Of a stretch of DNA of 64,000 nt, positions 24,720 through 36,630 are shown piece by piece. The notes under the pieces are model-generated. The model was given only the letters and a program-made list of their open reading frames with translations, had not been told where the DNA came from and did not search any database. The translations under genes and the position numbers were made by a program. How positions within the stretch are numbered: position 1 is the first letter of the stretch; each line of letters begins with the position of its first letter. The stretch comes from Felis catus (lineage: Eukaryota): NCBI RefSeq assembly GCF_018350175.1, contig NC_058373.1, forward strand, positions 103,232,001 to 103,296,000. The letters are read 5' to 3'.

Positions 24720-24958
24720 CCATAATAATAATTAGAGCTCAAATATAGAGTGTTGCCACATATTAAGAGCTTTTCCTAGATTTCCTTGTTTCCCTTCTAA
24801 GTTTCACCACAGAAGACTTTTATCATCTCCATCTTTCAGATGAGGTATCTGAGGCATAGAGTAATTAAGGAACCTCCCCAAGATCACACAGATGGTGAGA
24901 AGTAGACTCAAACCTGGTCTGGTGGCCAAGCCTGCTTTCATAATGACCACACACTGTA
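24720..24958 (-). mobile_element. MIR
   Basis: catctccatctttcagatgaggtatctgaggcatagagtaattaaggaacctccccaagatcacacag is the MIR core. Confidence 0.75.
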
Positions 24959-24972
24959 TTTTTACATGTAGG

Positions 24973-25706
24973 TGTTAACCTTAAACATTGTCAGTTATTT
25001 TACCAGCGAAAATGGTTTCATTCTGGGAATAGAGAATTGTAATTCAGGACATGCACACTATTGCAAAACCATAAGCAAGTCTGGAGAACAGAAGATAAGC
25101 TTTTACAGAGGAAGAGGGGTGGGGGCGAGGGGCTCTTACAAACAAAATGTCCTTTGGAGTAAACTGGGAGTTCAGAGTGTAATGGCTTCTCATTGGCTGA
25201 GTTGTGACAGCCTCTCATTGGCAGGACTATTGCTGGATAAGGGGAAAACCTTCCTCCTGTTTAGGGTAGTAGTTACCCACTTGCAAGAATTGTAAGGTTC
25301 TTCTATTCTTGTTGGGTCTGTACTTGATGACCAATGGTAGGGTGTGAGAGCTTCCCCTTCTGGCTTCCTGATTCCATTTAAAATGAGGTGGGTTTGGGAC
25401 GCCTGGGTGGCGCAGTCGGTTAAGCGTCCGACTTCAGCCAGGTCACGATCTCACGGTCCGTGAGTTCGAGCCCCGCGTCGGGCTCTGGGCTGATGGCTCA
25501 GAGCCTGGAGCCTGTTTCCGATTCTGTGTCTCCCTCTCTCTCTGTCCCTCCCCCGTTCATGCTCTGTCTCTCTCTGTCCCAAAAATAAATAAACGTTGAA
25601 AAAAAAAATTAAAAAAAAATAAATAAATAAAAAATAAAAAATAAAATGAGGTGGGTTTATGGGGTGCCTGGGTGGTTTTTTGTTTTTTGGGGTTTTTTTT
25701 TCCACA
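24973..25706 (-). mobile_element. ERV1-class solo LTR with SINE insertion
   Basis: TG...CA ends (tgttaacc...tccaca), 4-bp TSD-like tagg/taag, and duplicated CCAAT boxes (ctcattgg twice). Confidence 0.65.
25396..25642 (+). mobile_element. Young felid SINE (SINEC_Fc-type)
   Basis: CpG-rich body and long A tail. Perfect TSD aaaatgaggtgggttt at 25380-25395 and 25643-25658. Confidence 0.97.
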
Positions 25707-26969
25707 TAAGGTACCATCCAGAACTAGAAATTATGACTAAGAAAGAAAGAAATCTCATTAAAAGATTAGGAAATAATCAATATAATCAACACTCAACCAC
25801 AAATACAATCCTATGTGTTGAAATCTTGGATATTAGACTTTCAGGATGTTGATAATTGCCTGAACTGTACTGTTCACTTACAAAGATGATTCTTGAAAAA
25901 GCGTGATTGAGTTCGTAACTCAGGTCTCCCTGTATGAAAATTCCTGTTAGATTAATTTTTAATATTGTAGCGGGCTTTAGCAGAAGACCTGCCGGCATTT
26001 TCATTAATTATCGTACGTTTGCATTTCAAACATGCTGATTGTTTGGCTCACAGATTTTTGCCTGGTCCAGGGGCTATTAGTGATCATTATTAAATGAAGC
26101 TGCCTGGGGATTTCACAAGTATGGCTGCATTTCACAGCCTTTTCAACATCAAAAAGACGTACACAGTCCTCTTTATTAAAATACATCTGATCTTGACCTA
26201 AAACACCAAATAAAAGAACATTAAGCTTCAGTCTGTAAGTGTAAACCCAGGGCAGAGCGCTGGCCTGCGAATTTGGAGGTATAGAACCTACTTCCTGCTT
26301 GGGACTCCAAATAAATGATGTGCTCTCTGAGTGAGCCTCAGTGAGGAAGCCAGAAAAGGAAACTGGAAATTTTTCCTGTTGCCCTGCAGCTCTTCACAAT
26401 TCATTCTTTCAAAGGATGATTCTGGATTTGCTGGTGTGCTTTCCGTGAGAGTGTTCCTTAGGAGAAATGGAGAAAATATGGAGAAAGAGAAGCTAAAACC
26501 TGTGACAGATACTTTCATTTTTCTTTAAGTAGGTTTGCAAGGTGCCTTCTACTTAACGTGAGATAGTCTTTCATACCGAAGTCTTGGATGCCAGTGCATC
26601 CAGTGGTGCCAGTTATCCAGGAGTGGGCTAGGGATTTCAAGTACAGCAGTGCCATTCTGCTTTTTAAGTTCGCGTTCGTCTCTACGGTGTATTGTGCATG
26701 CATTTAACCAACACTGGTTAAGGGCTTACCATACAAATGCTGTTTGAGAAAAATACCTCTCCTTGTATAATCTGGTCGAATAGTATGATCAGATGCCACC
26801 TGAGACCATGTAGTTCTCCTAGGCTCTCCTCCATGTCAGTTATGAAGTGATGCTTCTGAGCCACTGATAAACCTCTCTCTGCTGTTTTAGTGGGTGGCTC
26901 CCTCCATTGCACTGTGGTTTCCTGAGATGTGGTTAGGAATGTTTCACCAAAAATCCGGCTGCCTAATTA

Positions 26970-27123
26970 CAGTAAAACCTCGGATTGCAAGTAACATGTT
27001 CTGCAAGTGTTGCACAAGACAAGCAAACATTTCTACTAAATTTTAAGTTGATAAACGAGCGATGTCTTGCAATATGAGTAGTATGTATGCTAAATGTCAC
27101 ATGATCACAACTGAGTCAGTGGT

Positions 27124-27184
<61 letters not shown>

Positions 27185-27490
27185 CTCTGTCTCCTCTCTC
27201 ATTCGCTGTGGGATTGTGGGTGATCGTCTCCCATGCTCGGACGCTTGGTCTCAGGCCGAGGTGTTTGGCAGAAATCAGTGATTTTTCAGAACGTTGGAAG
27301 GTGCCCACAACTGGCACTAGTGTATTTTTTGTCACTTCCAAGCACCTATGGACAGTCCTTTGCTTTTCCATCCAAGAGTAAGCTTAGGAATGCTTTGCTT
27401 CGTTCTAGGTCAGCCTGCCTGCAGATATAGACCCTTTCCTCTGCTGCCTTATTACCAGGTACATTAAATACAGTATACGACAAGAATTCA
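26970..27490 (+). mobile_element. Tigger/pogo-like DNA transposon, one end only
   Basis: TA followed by cagtaaaacctcggattgcaag, a Tigger-type terminus. CpG-rich internal sequence. No matching right TIR seen nearby. Confidence 0.6.
27126..27181. repeat. (CT)n microsatellite
   Basis: About 28 uninterrupted TC units. Confidence 0.95.
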
Positions 27491-28599
27491 TGCTGCTCTA
27501 TGCATCGGGAAACTCATGTGATTTGAATAGGAGGTGAGAGTGTGATGAGGGAGTGGAGTTATATATATTTTTTAACATAGAAGAGTCCTGAGCATGGTTA
27601 AACAGGACACGGAAGGGGAGATTGAAAATACAGGGTGGGTAACTGGGCAAGATCCTAGAGAAGGCAGGAGGTGTGGGCTGAGCAAGGGTAAACTCCTCCT
27701 CCATCACAACCTGAAGCACGAGGGACGCTGGAAAGTGAAGGTAAAGGGGACGACTGGATGGAAAATTAAAACAGATATTTAAAACGGAAAAGCATTCGGT
27801 GGCTTATGGACGTAAGTCCAGGGTTAGACCTCCACATGGTATTCACGCGGAGACCAGATGTGGTGGGTGCTTTTGGCCGGCACAGCACTAGTCCCGAGGA
27901 GATGCTGGAGCCCCTCTGCCAGGGGAGGAGGCTGGCTGGGAGCTGCATCTTGGGGTTAGGAAGTAAGGGAAACAGCCTGAGGAGCGGTTAAGTCAGTGCA
28001 GTTGAAATAAAAAGCTATTCTAAGTATCATGAGTGTTGAAGAGGGTAATTTGAGAATTGGAATTTTTTTTTTCCTCTGGACCAACCAGTAACCATCATTT
28101 TGATGCATGAAAAGCCCACAGATAACCTACCAAGGAGCAGCTAGTTTGCAAGCAAACGCTGCCCAGCAGGAAGCGTGGCTGCTATTCAGAAGTTTCCTCT
28201 CCTTTGCAAAGGTTGAGTACTGAAATGACACACCTCATTTACTGGGGTATTTACAGTAGGAAGGTGACCTAATTAGAACAAATGGTAACTTCAGAAACTT
28301 TCTCATCATCAGATTACAGGGTCAGTACCTCACATTACTTCCCTTTACTTGACCGAAACGGCTTAGTTCTGCCTTATTACCAGGGCTAATTGGGGAAAAA
28401 CAAAAGTTATGTCAGAATGGTGGTTTGCATATCACCTTTCCATTTCCCTCTCAAGGAAGAATTTTTTCAAAGTAATCCTTAGTTGACAAAACAGTCTTCT
28501 GTTTGTCCTCCTCTTACAAACGTTCTTCTTTGCTGAACTTCATAGGTTGACCTTTTAAGAGTTTCCTTCCAGCTCTCATTCCAAGTGCTCTAGCAAGTT

Positions 28600-29100
28600 A
28601 CCATTTCAGAGTTCAGGGAATGACTCTTTTCACGTGCCAGGCTGGATGTGCTAGTTCTCTTTCCAGTGTTTCATTACGGTCTCTTTTTCTAATGGGTCTG
28701 TGCGCCTCAAGTACCCAGAGTGCTTTCCCTTCAGATGTTTTAGAGTAACCTAAAAATCCTGGAATTCATCACCAGCTCAGGCGGCATGTAAGACTTCCCG
28801 GTCCTCCTCGAACATTTTCTTTGTTTTCTGTTGGTCAGTCTTTTCTCAGTCTAATCCCAATTTCCCTCTCAGTTTATGGCTGTCCTACACTGGCTGTTAA
28901 CCTTTGATATGGAACTCTGTCAAGTGGTTTCTGAAACTCCAGGATCACCGCCACCCCTTTTATTAAACTGGTCAGTACTGTCTTCTGAGGGGTTCGCTGT
29001 GCATTCTGTGGGGATAACTTGCCCTGCCTGGAAACACGTTGGCTGTGCCTAATCAAAATGTGCAGCACAAGTAATCAAATGAGGGCCCATGGATTTCAGT
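28600..29100 (-). mobile_element. CR1/L3 LINE reverse transcriptase fossil
   Basis: ORF 28874-29068 gives LIRHSQRVSRQGK...LTSLIKGVAVILEFQKPLDRVPYQRL, matching CR1 RT motifs (SQHGFxKGK; YLDFQKAFDKVPHQRL). Confidence 0.8.
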
Positions 29101-31009
29101 GACTACGTGGCTTTTTAGCTGTGAGTCTACAGTGAAATCCTGGGAAGACAGTGGAAATGAATGACAAAAATTTATCACCCAAGAGCAGAACGAACAGAGG
29201 GTTTTAAGATTCATTAACTGTGTCATTTCTCACTGCCCTTGGACACATGCTAAGATCACTGGGTCCTAACAAATAACACTTTGCACATTGTCAACGAGGC
29301 CAATAGAGCAAAAAATTACTGAATCTCTGCGTAAACCCTAACATTGTTGTCAGTGTCATTATATCAAAATCAGATCGGCTTCCGCTGTGTCCTGTGTCCC
29401 AGTCACTGTGGTAAGAACTTTATAATATCTCATTTAATCCCTTCAGATACTTTTTTTGGAGCACCTACTATATTCTAGGTACCATGGTAGTTACTGGGGA
29501 TAATATGCGCACTGTTCTCCAGGAACTTAGTTTATTTAATAGGAGTTCTTAGTAAGAAAATCAGAAGTCCCAGTAGAATGTGGTATTGCTGGGATGCACT
29601 AAGAAAAGGGACCAATTTTCTGGCAGTCAGTTTCCCCTCAGTAGATTATATTGCCATAAAAATGTGGTGTCACACGGTGTGGAAAAAGCACAGCTAAGCT
29701 TAAATGTCACCTGAACCCAGAGGGGGAAAGGCATGGTGCAGTTGCTAGCCAGAGGGCTGGAAAGGGGCCTGGAACACCGTCACCCCGGTGGGCTCCAGTG
29801 CTGGGCGGCAGTGAGGGCAGCCGAGGCCTTTCTTGTGTGACCAGAGGGGAGAGAACACCTACATTGGCATGACCTACTAGTAGAGAGCAGGCATGGACCC
29901 TGCTGCCTCGGGTGATGGCCATGGTGCCTTCTCTCTGGGTGGAGTCTGGATCCTTATCCAGATGATAGGCACATTGAGATTGTTGAGAATTCAGGACTGG
30001 GACTCACAGGGCAAACGTAAAACTCTCATCTTTTTCGTTCAGACAGACACCTCTCACATGACAGGCATGGCATTGGTGCCTAAATTCAACGTGCTGTTAC
30101 CAAGTTGCATCAGTCAGCCTCATGGAGGGAGCTTAAAAGTCGAGGAGTCAGTGTGGTGAGCAGAGAATCACTCTTGAGTGCTTGCCAAGATGAGGGGCAG
30201 GCGCCAGAGGGGCCCCGATTGTCAGAAGCTCCTTACTAAAGCTCCCGTGCCCTGGTAAACGGGTGCTGTGCAAGTGCCGAGCAGGGTAACCTGACCCCAT
30301 TTCAGGGAGTCATGGCTTTCCAGAGGAGATGACCTCCCAGATCCGAAGATAAATGGGTGAGGAGAACAGAGGAACTGACTGTTGAGGCGCATCAGAATCT
30401 GCTCCAACAGTGAGAAGTAGCTCCATGTGCCTACGAGGTATAGGTGGGAAAGGGAGGCTGGTTAGGATACTGTTGCATTTGTCTTTCCCTCGGTGTTGGG
30501 GTAAAACTCCTGGCACCTTAACCTGAAGCCTGGCAGCGAGCGCTCCAAACGGTGGTCATTTTGTTCTTCGTTGCCACAAACACCTGCAAGTTACAAAGAA
30601 AATGCAGCTTCACTTGAGGTGGTAACACTCTTATTACATCCCAGCCCTGAGTGCACATCTTTTTATTCATGTGGAAATGAGAAGTACATCTAAAGCACCT
30701 GTCGCCTAGCACAGCAGGCTAGTTTCTCTGGGAAAGCACTGGGTGGCTGGACTTGTTCGTGGAACTGGCCAGTGTAACCGAGCAGCATTTTAAAAGGATG
30801 ATCTATTGACATGGTTATTCAGACTTGGGTGTTTGCTACCCATTTTCGAAAGGAAAACCAAAGGGAGTTTTGTTGCCTGTGTTAAAATTCAAACTTTCAA
30901 GCCAAAATCAGGGATTTGGAAAACTTGTTGGTCACCGAGGCTAGACTTTCCTGATGAGCTTGGTAGTGATATTAATAAGGTGGTTTTTAAAAATAAATAG
31001 TAATGTGTT

Positions 31010-31245
31010 GGGGCTCCTGGGTGGCTCAGTCACTTGAGCGCCCAGCTCTTGATTTGGGCTGAGGTCGTGGTCCCAGGGTCATGGGATTGAGCCCCACATT
31101 GGGCTCTATACTGAGCATGAAGCCTGTTTAAGATTCATTCTCCCTCTCTCCCCCTCCCCCATTTCCCTTCCCCACACTCTCCACCTCTTCTTCTGCCCCT
31201 TCTCCCTGCTTGCTCATGCTTGTGCTCTCTCTCAAAGTAAAAAAA
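31010..31245 (+). mobile_element. CAN-SINE (older subfamily)
   Basis: ggggctcctgggtggctcagtcacttgagc head, expanded pyrimidine tract, A tail. Confidence 0.9.
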
Positions 31246-31299
31246 TACGTATATTAATGTGTCAACATACGGAAGTTCTACATAATTCAGTGAACTAGT

Positions 31300-31724
31300 A
31301 TGTTTCAAATGACTGGTTACATCCTTAATTCATGTTACATATGTTACTTGTATGTAGCCAAAAGAGCAAAAGTATAAGTTGGACCAGTGGATTTAATGGA
31401 GTAAGAAAAGCTCATTGATGTAATTTCAGATTCTACATTGCGACCTTTAAGAAATGGCAAGTTGTTGAGTTTTGGTGTTGTATCACAGTGTAATAATGGT
31501 ATTGTGGTTATGGTTGGGTGAATGTCCTTAACAGCACTGTAAAGTATATAGGAGTGAAATGTAACATTTAAAATGGTTTTGTCCAGGATAAAAATACATT
31601 TACATAAAAAAAGGAGCATGTGTGGTAAAAAGTTAACAGTTGGTAAATCTAGGTGAAGGGTCTCATCTGTAGCTATTTGCTATACTATTTCTAAAAATTT
31701 GTTCAAACACTGTACTAGTTTTTT
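31300..31724 (+). mobile_element. L1ME-type 3' end, completed at 38175-38240 after the inserted full-length L1
   Basis: taataatggtattgtggttatg...gttaacagttggtaaatctaggtgaaggg. The tail aaaataaaatgtt resumes after 38193. Confidence 0.65.
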
Positions 31725-32019
31725 GGTGTTGTTCTCTTTTTTAAAAAATGTATTTCTTGTCAAGTTAGCTAACATACAGTGTAGTCTTGGCTTCAGGAGT
31801 AGATTCCCATGGTTCACCACTTAAACAACACCCTGTGCTCATCCCAACAAGTGCCCTGCTCAGTGCCCATCACCCATCTTCGCCACCTCCTCAACTCTCC
31901 ACCACTATCAATTCCCAGTATTTTCTCTGTATTTAAGAATCTCATGATATTTGTCTTTTGGAATCTCATGATATTTTCTCAATGGAATCACATGATATTT
32001 GTCTTTCTCTGGCTGACTT

Positions 32020-35000
32020 AATTTTGCTTAGCATAATACCCTCCAGTTCTATCTATGTTGTTGCAAATAGCAAGGTATCATTCTTTCTCATAGCTAAGTA
32101 GTATTCCGTTGTATAGATAAACCACGTCTTCTTTATCCATTCATTAGTCGATGGACATTTGGGCTCTTTCCATAATTTGGCTATTGTTAATAGTGCTGCT
32201 ATAAACATGGGGGTGCATGTGCCCCTTTGGTTCAGTACTCCTGTGTCCTTTGGATAAATTCCTAGTAGTGCAATTGCTGGGTTGTAGGGTAATTTCATTT
32301 TTAATTTTTTGAGGAACCTCCATACTGTTTTCCAGAGTGGCCGCACCAGTTGCATTCCCACCAGGACTGCAAGAGGGTTCCCCTTTCTCCACATATTTGC
32401 CAACATCTATTGTTTCCTGAGTTGTTAATTTTAGACCCTCTGATAGGTGTGATGTGGTATCTCAATGGGCTTTGATTTGTATTTCTCTGATGATGAGTGA
32501 TGTTGAGAATCTTTTCACATGTCTGTTTGCCATCTGGATGTCTTCTTTGGAAAAATGTCTATTCATGTCTTCTGCCCATTTCTTCACTGGATTATTTGTT
32601 TTTTGGGTATTGAGTTTGGTAAGTTCTTTATAGATTTTGGATACTAACCCTTGATCTGATATGTCACTTGCAAGTATCTTCTCCCATTTCATCAGTTGTC
32701 TTTTAGTTTTGTTGATTTGTTTCCTTTGCTGTGCAGATTCTCTTTATCTCTATGAGGTCCCAGTAGTTCATTTTTGCTTTTATTTCCCTTGCCTTCAGAG
32801 ACATCTCAAGTAAGAAGTTGCTGCAGCCGAGGTCAAAGAGGTTGCTTCCTGTTTTCTCCTGTCTCACATTTAAGTCTTTCATCCATTTTGAATTTATTTT
32901 TGTGTATGGTGTAAGAAAACGGTCCAGGTTCATTCTTCTGCATGTTGCTGTCCAGGTCTGCCAGCACCATTTACTGATGAGAGTATCTTTTTTCCATTGG
33001 ATACTATTTCCTGCTTTGTCAAAGATTAGTTGGCCATGTATTTGTGGGTCCATTATTTCTATCGGTCTATCGGTTTGTGCCAATACCATACTGTCTTGAT
33101 GATTACAGCTTTGTAGTAGAGGCTAATGTCTGGGATTGTGATGCGTCCTACTTTGGTTTTCTTCTTCAATGTTACTTTGGCTATTCAGGGTCTTTTGTGG
33201 TTCCAAACAAATTTTAGGATTGTTTCTTCTAGCTCTGTGAAGAATGTTGGTGCTATTTTGATTGGGATTGCATTGAATCCCAATGGAGATTGTAGATTTT
33301 GTAGATTGCTTTGGGTAATATCAATATTGTAACAGTATTTGTTCTTCTGATCCATGAGCATGGAATGTTTTTCCATTTCTTTGTGTTGTCTTCAATTTAT
33401 TTCATAAACTTTCTATAGTTTTCAGCATGCAGATCTTTTACATCTGTGGTTAGGTTTATTCCTAGGTATTTTAGGGTTCTTGGTGCAATTGTAAATGGGA
33501 TCAATTTCTTGATATCTCTTTCTTTTCCTTCGTTATTGGTGTATAGAAATGCAACCGATTTCTGTACATTGACTTTTGGTGGAGTCTTTCGGGTTTTCCA
33601 TGTAGATTATCATGTCCTCTGAAAAGAGTGAAAGTTTGACTTCTTTGCCAATTTGGATGCCTTTTATTTCATTTTGTTGTCTGATTGCTGAGGCTAGGAC
33701 TTCCAACACTATGTTAAACAACAGTGGTGAGGGTGACATCCCTGTCGTGTTTCTGATCTCAGGGAAAAAGCTCTCCGGTTTTCCCCACTGAGGATGATAT
33801 TAGCTGTGGGCCTTTTCGTGTATGGCTTTTGTGACATTAAGGTATGTTCCTTCTATCCCAACTCTCTTGAGGGATTTTATTAAGAAAGGATGCTGTATTT
33901 TGTCAAATGTTCTTTCTGCAACTATTGACAGGATCATATGGTTCTTATCTTTTATTAATGTGATCCATCACATTGATTGATTTGCAAATATTGAACCAGC
34001 CCTGCAGCCCAGAAATGAATCCCACTTGATCATGGTGAATAATTCCTTTAATATACTGTTGAATTCAATTTGCTAGTATCTTGTTGAGAATTTTTGCAAC
34101 CATGTTCATCGGGGATATTGGCCTGTAATTCTCCTTTTTAGTGGGGTCTTTGTTTGGGGGAATCAAGGTAATGTTGGCTTCATAGAATGAGTCTGGAAGC
34201 TTTCCTTCTCTTTCTATTTTTTGGAACAGCCTGAGAAGGATAGGTATTAACTCTGCTTCAAATGTCTGGTGAAATTCCCCTGGGAAGCCATCTGGCTTAG
34301 GACTCTTACTTGTTGGGAGATTTTTGATAACCAATTCAATTTCTTTGCTGGTTATGGGTCTGTTCAAATTTTCTGTTTCTTCCCTTTTGAGTTTCGGTAG
34401 TGTGAGTGCCAAGGAATTTGTCCATTTCTTGCGGGTTGTCCAGTTTGTTGGCATATAATTTTTCATAGTATTCTATAATAGTTGTTTGTATTTCTGTAGT
34501 ATTGGTTGTGATCTCTCCTCTTTCATTTGCGATTTTATCTGTTTGGGTCCTCTCTCTTATCTTTTTGAGAAGTCTGGCTAGGAGCTTACCAATTTTGTTT
34601 ATTCTTTCAAAAAACCAGCTCTTAGATTCATTGATCTATTCTGTTTTTTGGATTCTCTATTGTTTATTTCTGCTCTAATCTTTATTATTTCTCTTCTTCT
34701 GCTGGCTTTGGACTTTCTTTGCTGCTGCCTTTCTAGTTCCTTTAGGTGTGAGGTTAGGTTCTGTATTTGAGACTTTTCTTGCTTCTTGAGCTAGGTTTGG
34801 ATTACAATGTATTTTCCTCTTAGGACTGCCTTTGCTCAATCGCAAAGGGTTTGGACTATCATGTTTTCATTTTTATTTACTTCCATATATTTTTTAATTT
34901 CTTCTTCAATTTCTTTGACCCATTCATTCTTTAGTAGTATGTTCTTTTACCTCCATGTATTTGGGGCTTTCCAAATTTTTTCTTGTGGTTGACTTCAAGT

Positions 35001-35704
35001 TTCATAGTGTTGTGATCTAAAAATGTGCATGATATGATCTCAATCCTTTTATACTTATTGAGGGCTGTTTTGTGACCCAGTATATGATCTATTTTGGAGA
35101 ATGTTCCATGTGCATTCAAGAAGAATGTGTATTCTGCTTTTGGATGAAAAGTTCTGAATATATCTGTTAAGTGCGTCCGATCCAACGTGTCATTCAGAGC
35201 CATTGTCTCCTAATTGATTTTCTGCCCAGATGCTCTGTCCATTGTTGTAAGTGGTGTATTAAAGTGCCCTACAATCATGGTATTAATATCTATACAGTTA
35301 TTTATGTTTGTGATTGATTTGTATATTTGAGTGCTCTCACATTGGGGGCATAAACATTTTTGTTAGATTTTCTTGATGGATAGACCCCTTAACTATGATA
35401 TAATGCCCTTCTTCATCTCTTATTACAGTATTTGTTTTAAGATCTAGTTTGTTTCATACAAGTATGGCTACTCCGACTTTCTTTTGCCATTCAGTAGTAT
35501 GCTAGATGGTTCTCCATCCCCTCACTTTCAATCTGCAGGTGTCCTCTGGTCTAAAATGAGTCTCTTATAGGCAGCATATAGATGGTTTTGTTTTGTTTTG
35601 TTTTTGTTTTTTTTTATCCATTCTTATACCCTATGTCTTTTGCCTGGGGCATTTAGTCCATTTACATTCAGAGCTATTATTGAAAGATATGGATTTAGTG
35701 TCAT
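32020..35704 (-). pseudogene. L1 ORF2 (endonuclease / reverse transcriptase), frameshifted
   Basis: Starts MTLNPYLSIIALNVNGLN at 35704. Fragments [46 protein letters not shown] (decayed FADD), CTPMFIAAL. Confidence 0.92.
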
Positions 35705-35739
35705 TGTGTTATCTGTAGGTTTTGTGCCTGATGCTCCTT

Positions 35740-36630
35740 TGTAGTCTTTGTTGCTTTCCATTCAGAGTCCCCCTTGAGATCTTCTGTAGGGCTGGTTTAG
35801 TGGTGATGAACTCCTTTAGTTTTTGTTTGGGAAAGCCTTTATCTCTCCTTCTATTCAGAATGACAGCCTTGCTGGATAAAGGATTGTTGGCTGCATATTT
35901 TTCTTATTCAGCACACTGAATATTTTCTGCCACTCCCTTCTGGCCTGCCAAGTCTCAGTGGACAGGTCTGCTACTACCCTTATGTGTCTACTCTTGTAGG
36001 TTAAGGCCCATTTGTACCTAGCTGCTTTCAGAATTCTCTCATCTTTGTATTTTGCCAGTTTCACTATGATATGTTGTGGTGGTGACCTGTTTCTCTTGAT
36101 TTTGAAGGGAGGTCTATGTGCCTCCTGGACTTGAATGCCTGTTTCCTTCCCCAGATTAGGGAAGTTCTCAGCTATAATTTGCTCAAATAAACCTTCTGCC
36201 TCTTTCTCTCTTCTTCTTCTGGAACTCGTATGATGTGGATATTATCTGGTTTCATTGAATCAGTTAGGTTTCTAATTCTCCCCTCGTGGTCTAGTAATTT
36301 GCTTTTGCTCTTTTTTTCAGCTTCATGATTTTCCATAATTTTATCTTCTGTTTTGCCTGTTCTGTCTTCTGCTTCCTCCATTCTCATTGTCACTGCATCT
36401 AGTTTATTTTGCATCTCATTTACAACATTTAATTCATCATGACTATTTCTTAGGTCTTTTATCTCTATAACAATAGATTCTCTGCTGTCTTCTATGCTTT
36501 TTTCAAGCCCAGCTATTAGTCTTATGAGTGTTATTCTAAATTCTTGTTCAGATATATTGTGTATATCTGTCTTGGGCAATTCGCTGTCATTTCTTCCTGG
36601 AATTTCTTTTGAGAATTTTTGTTTCATCAT
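35740..36630 (-). pseudogene. L1 ORF1, frameshifted
   Basis: Coiled-coil fragment (36172-36630) and ILKAAR...IRVVADLSTETWQARREW...PTILYPARLSF. Confidence 0.9.

Noticed and set aside
24467..27854. Repeat of gtattcacgcgg(t)agac at 24467 and 27839
   Set aside because: Only 12 nt match exactly and the flanks are unrelated, which is within chance for a 64-kb window.
30200..30216. CTCF-like ggcgccagagggggcc
   Set aside because: It has mismatches at two high-information core positions.
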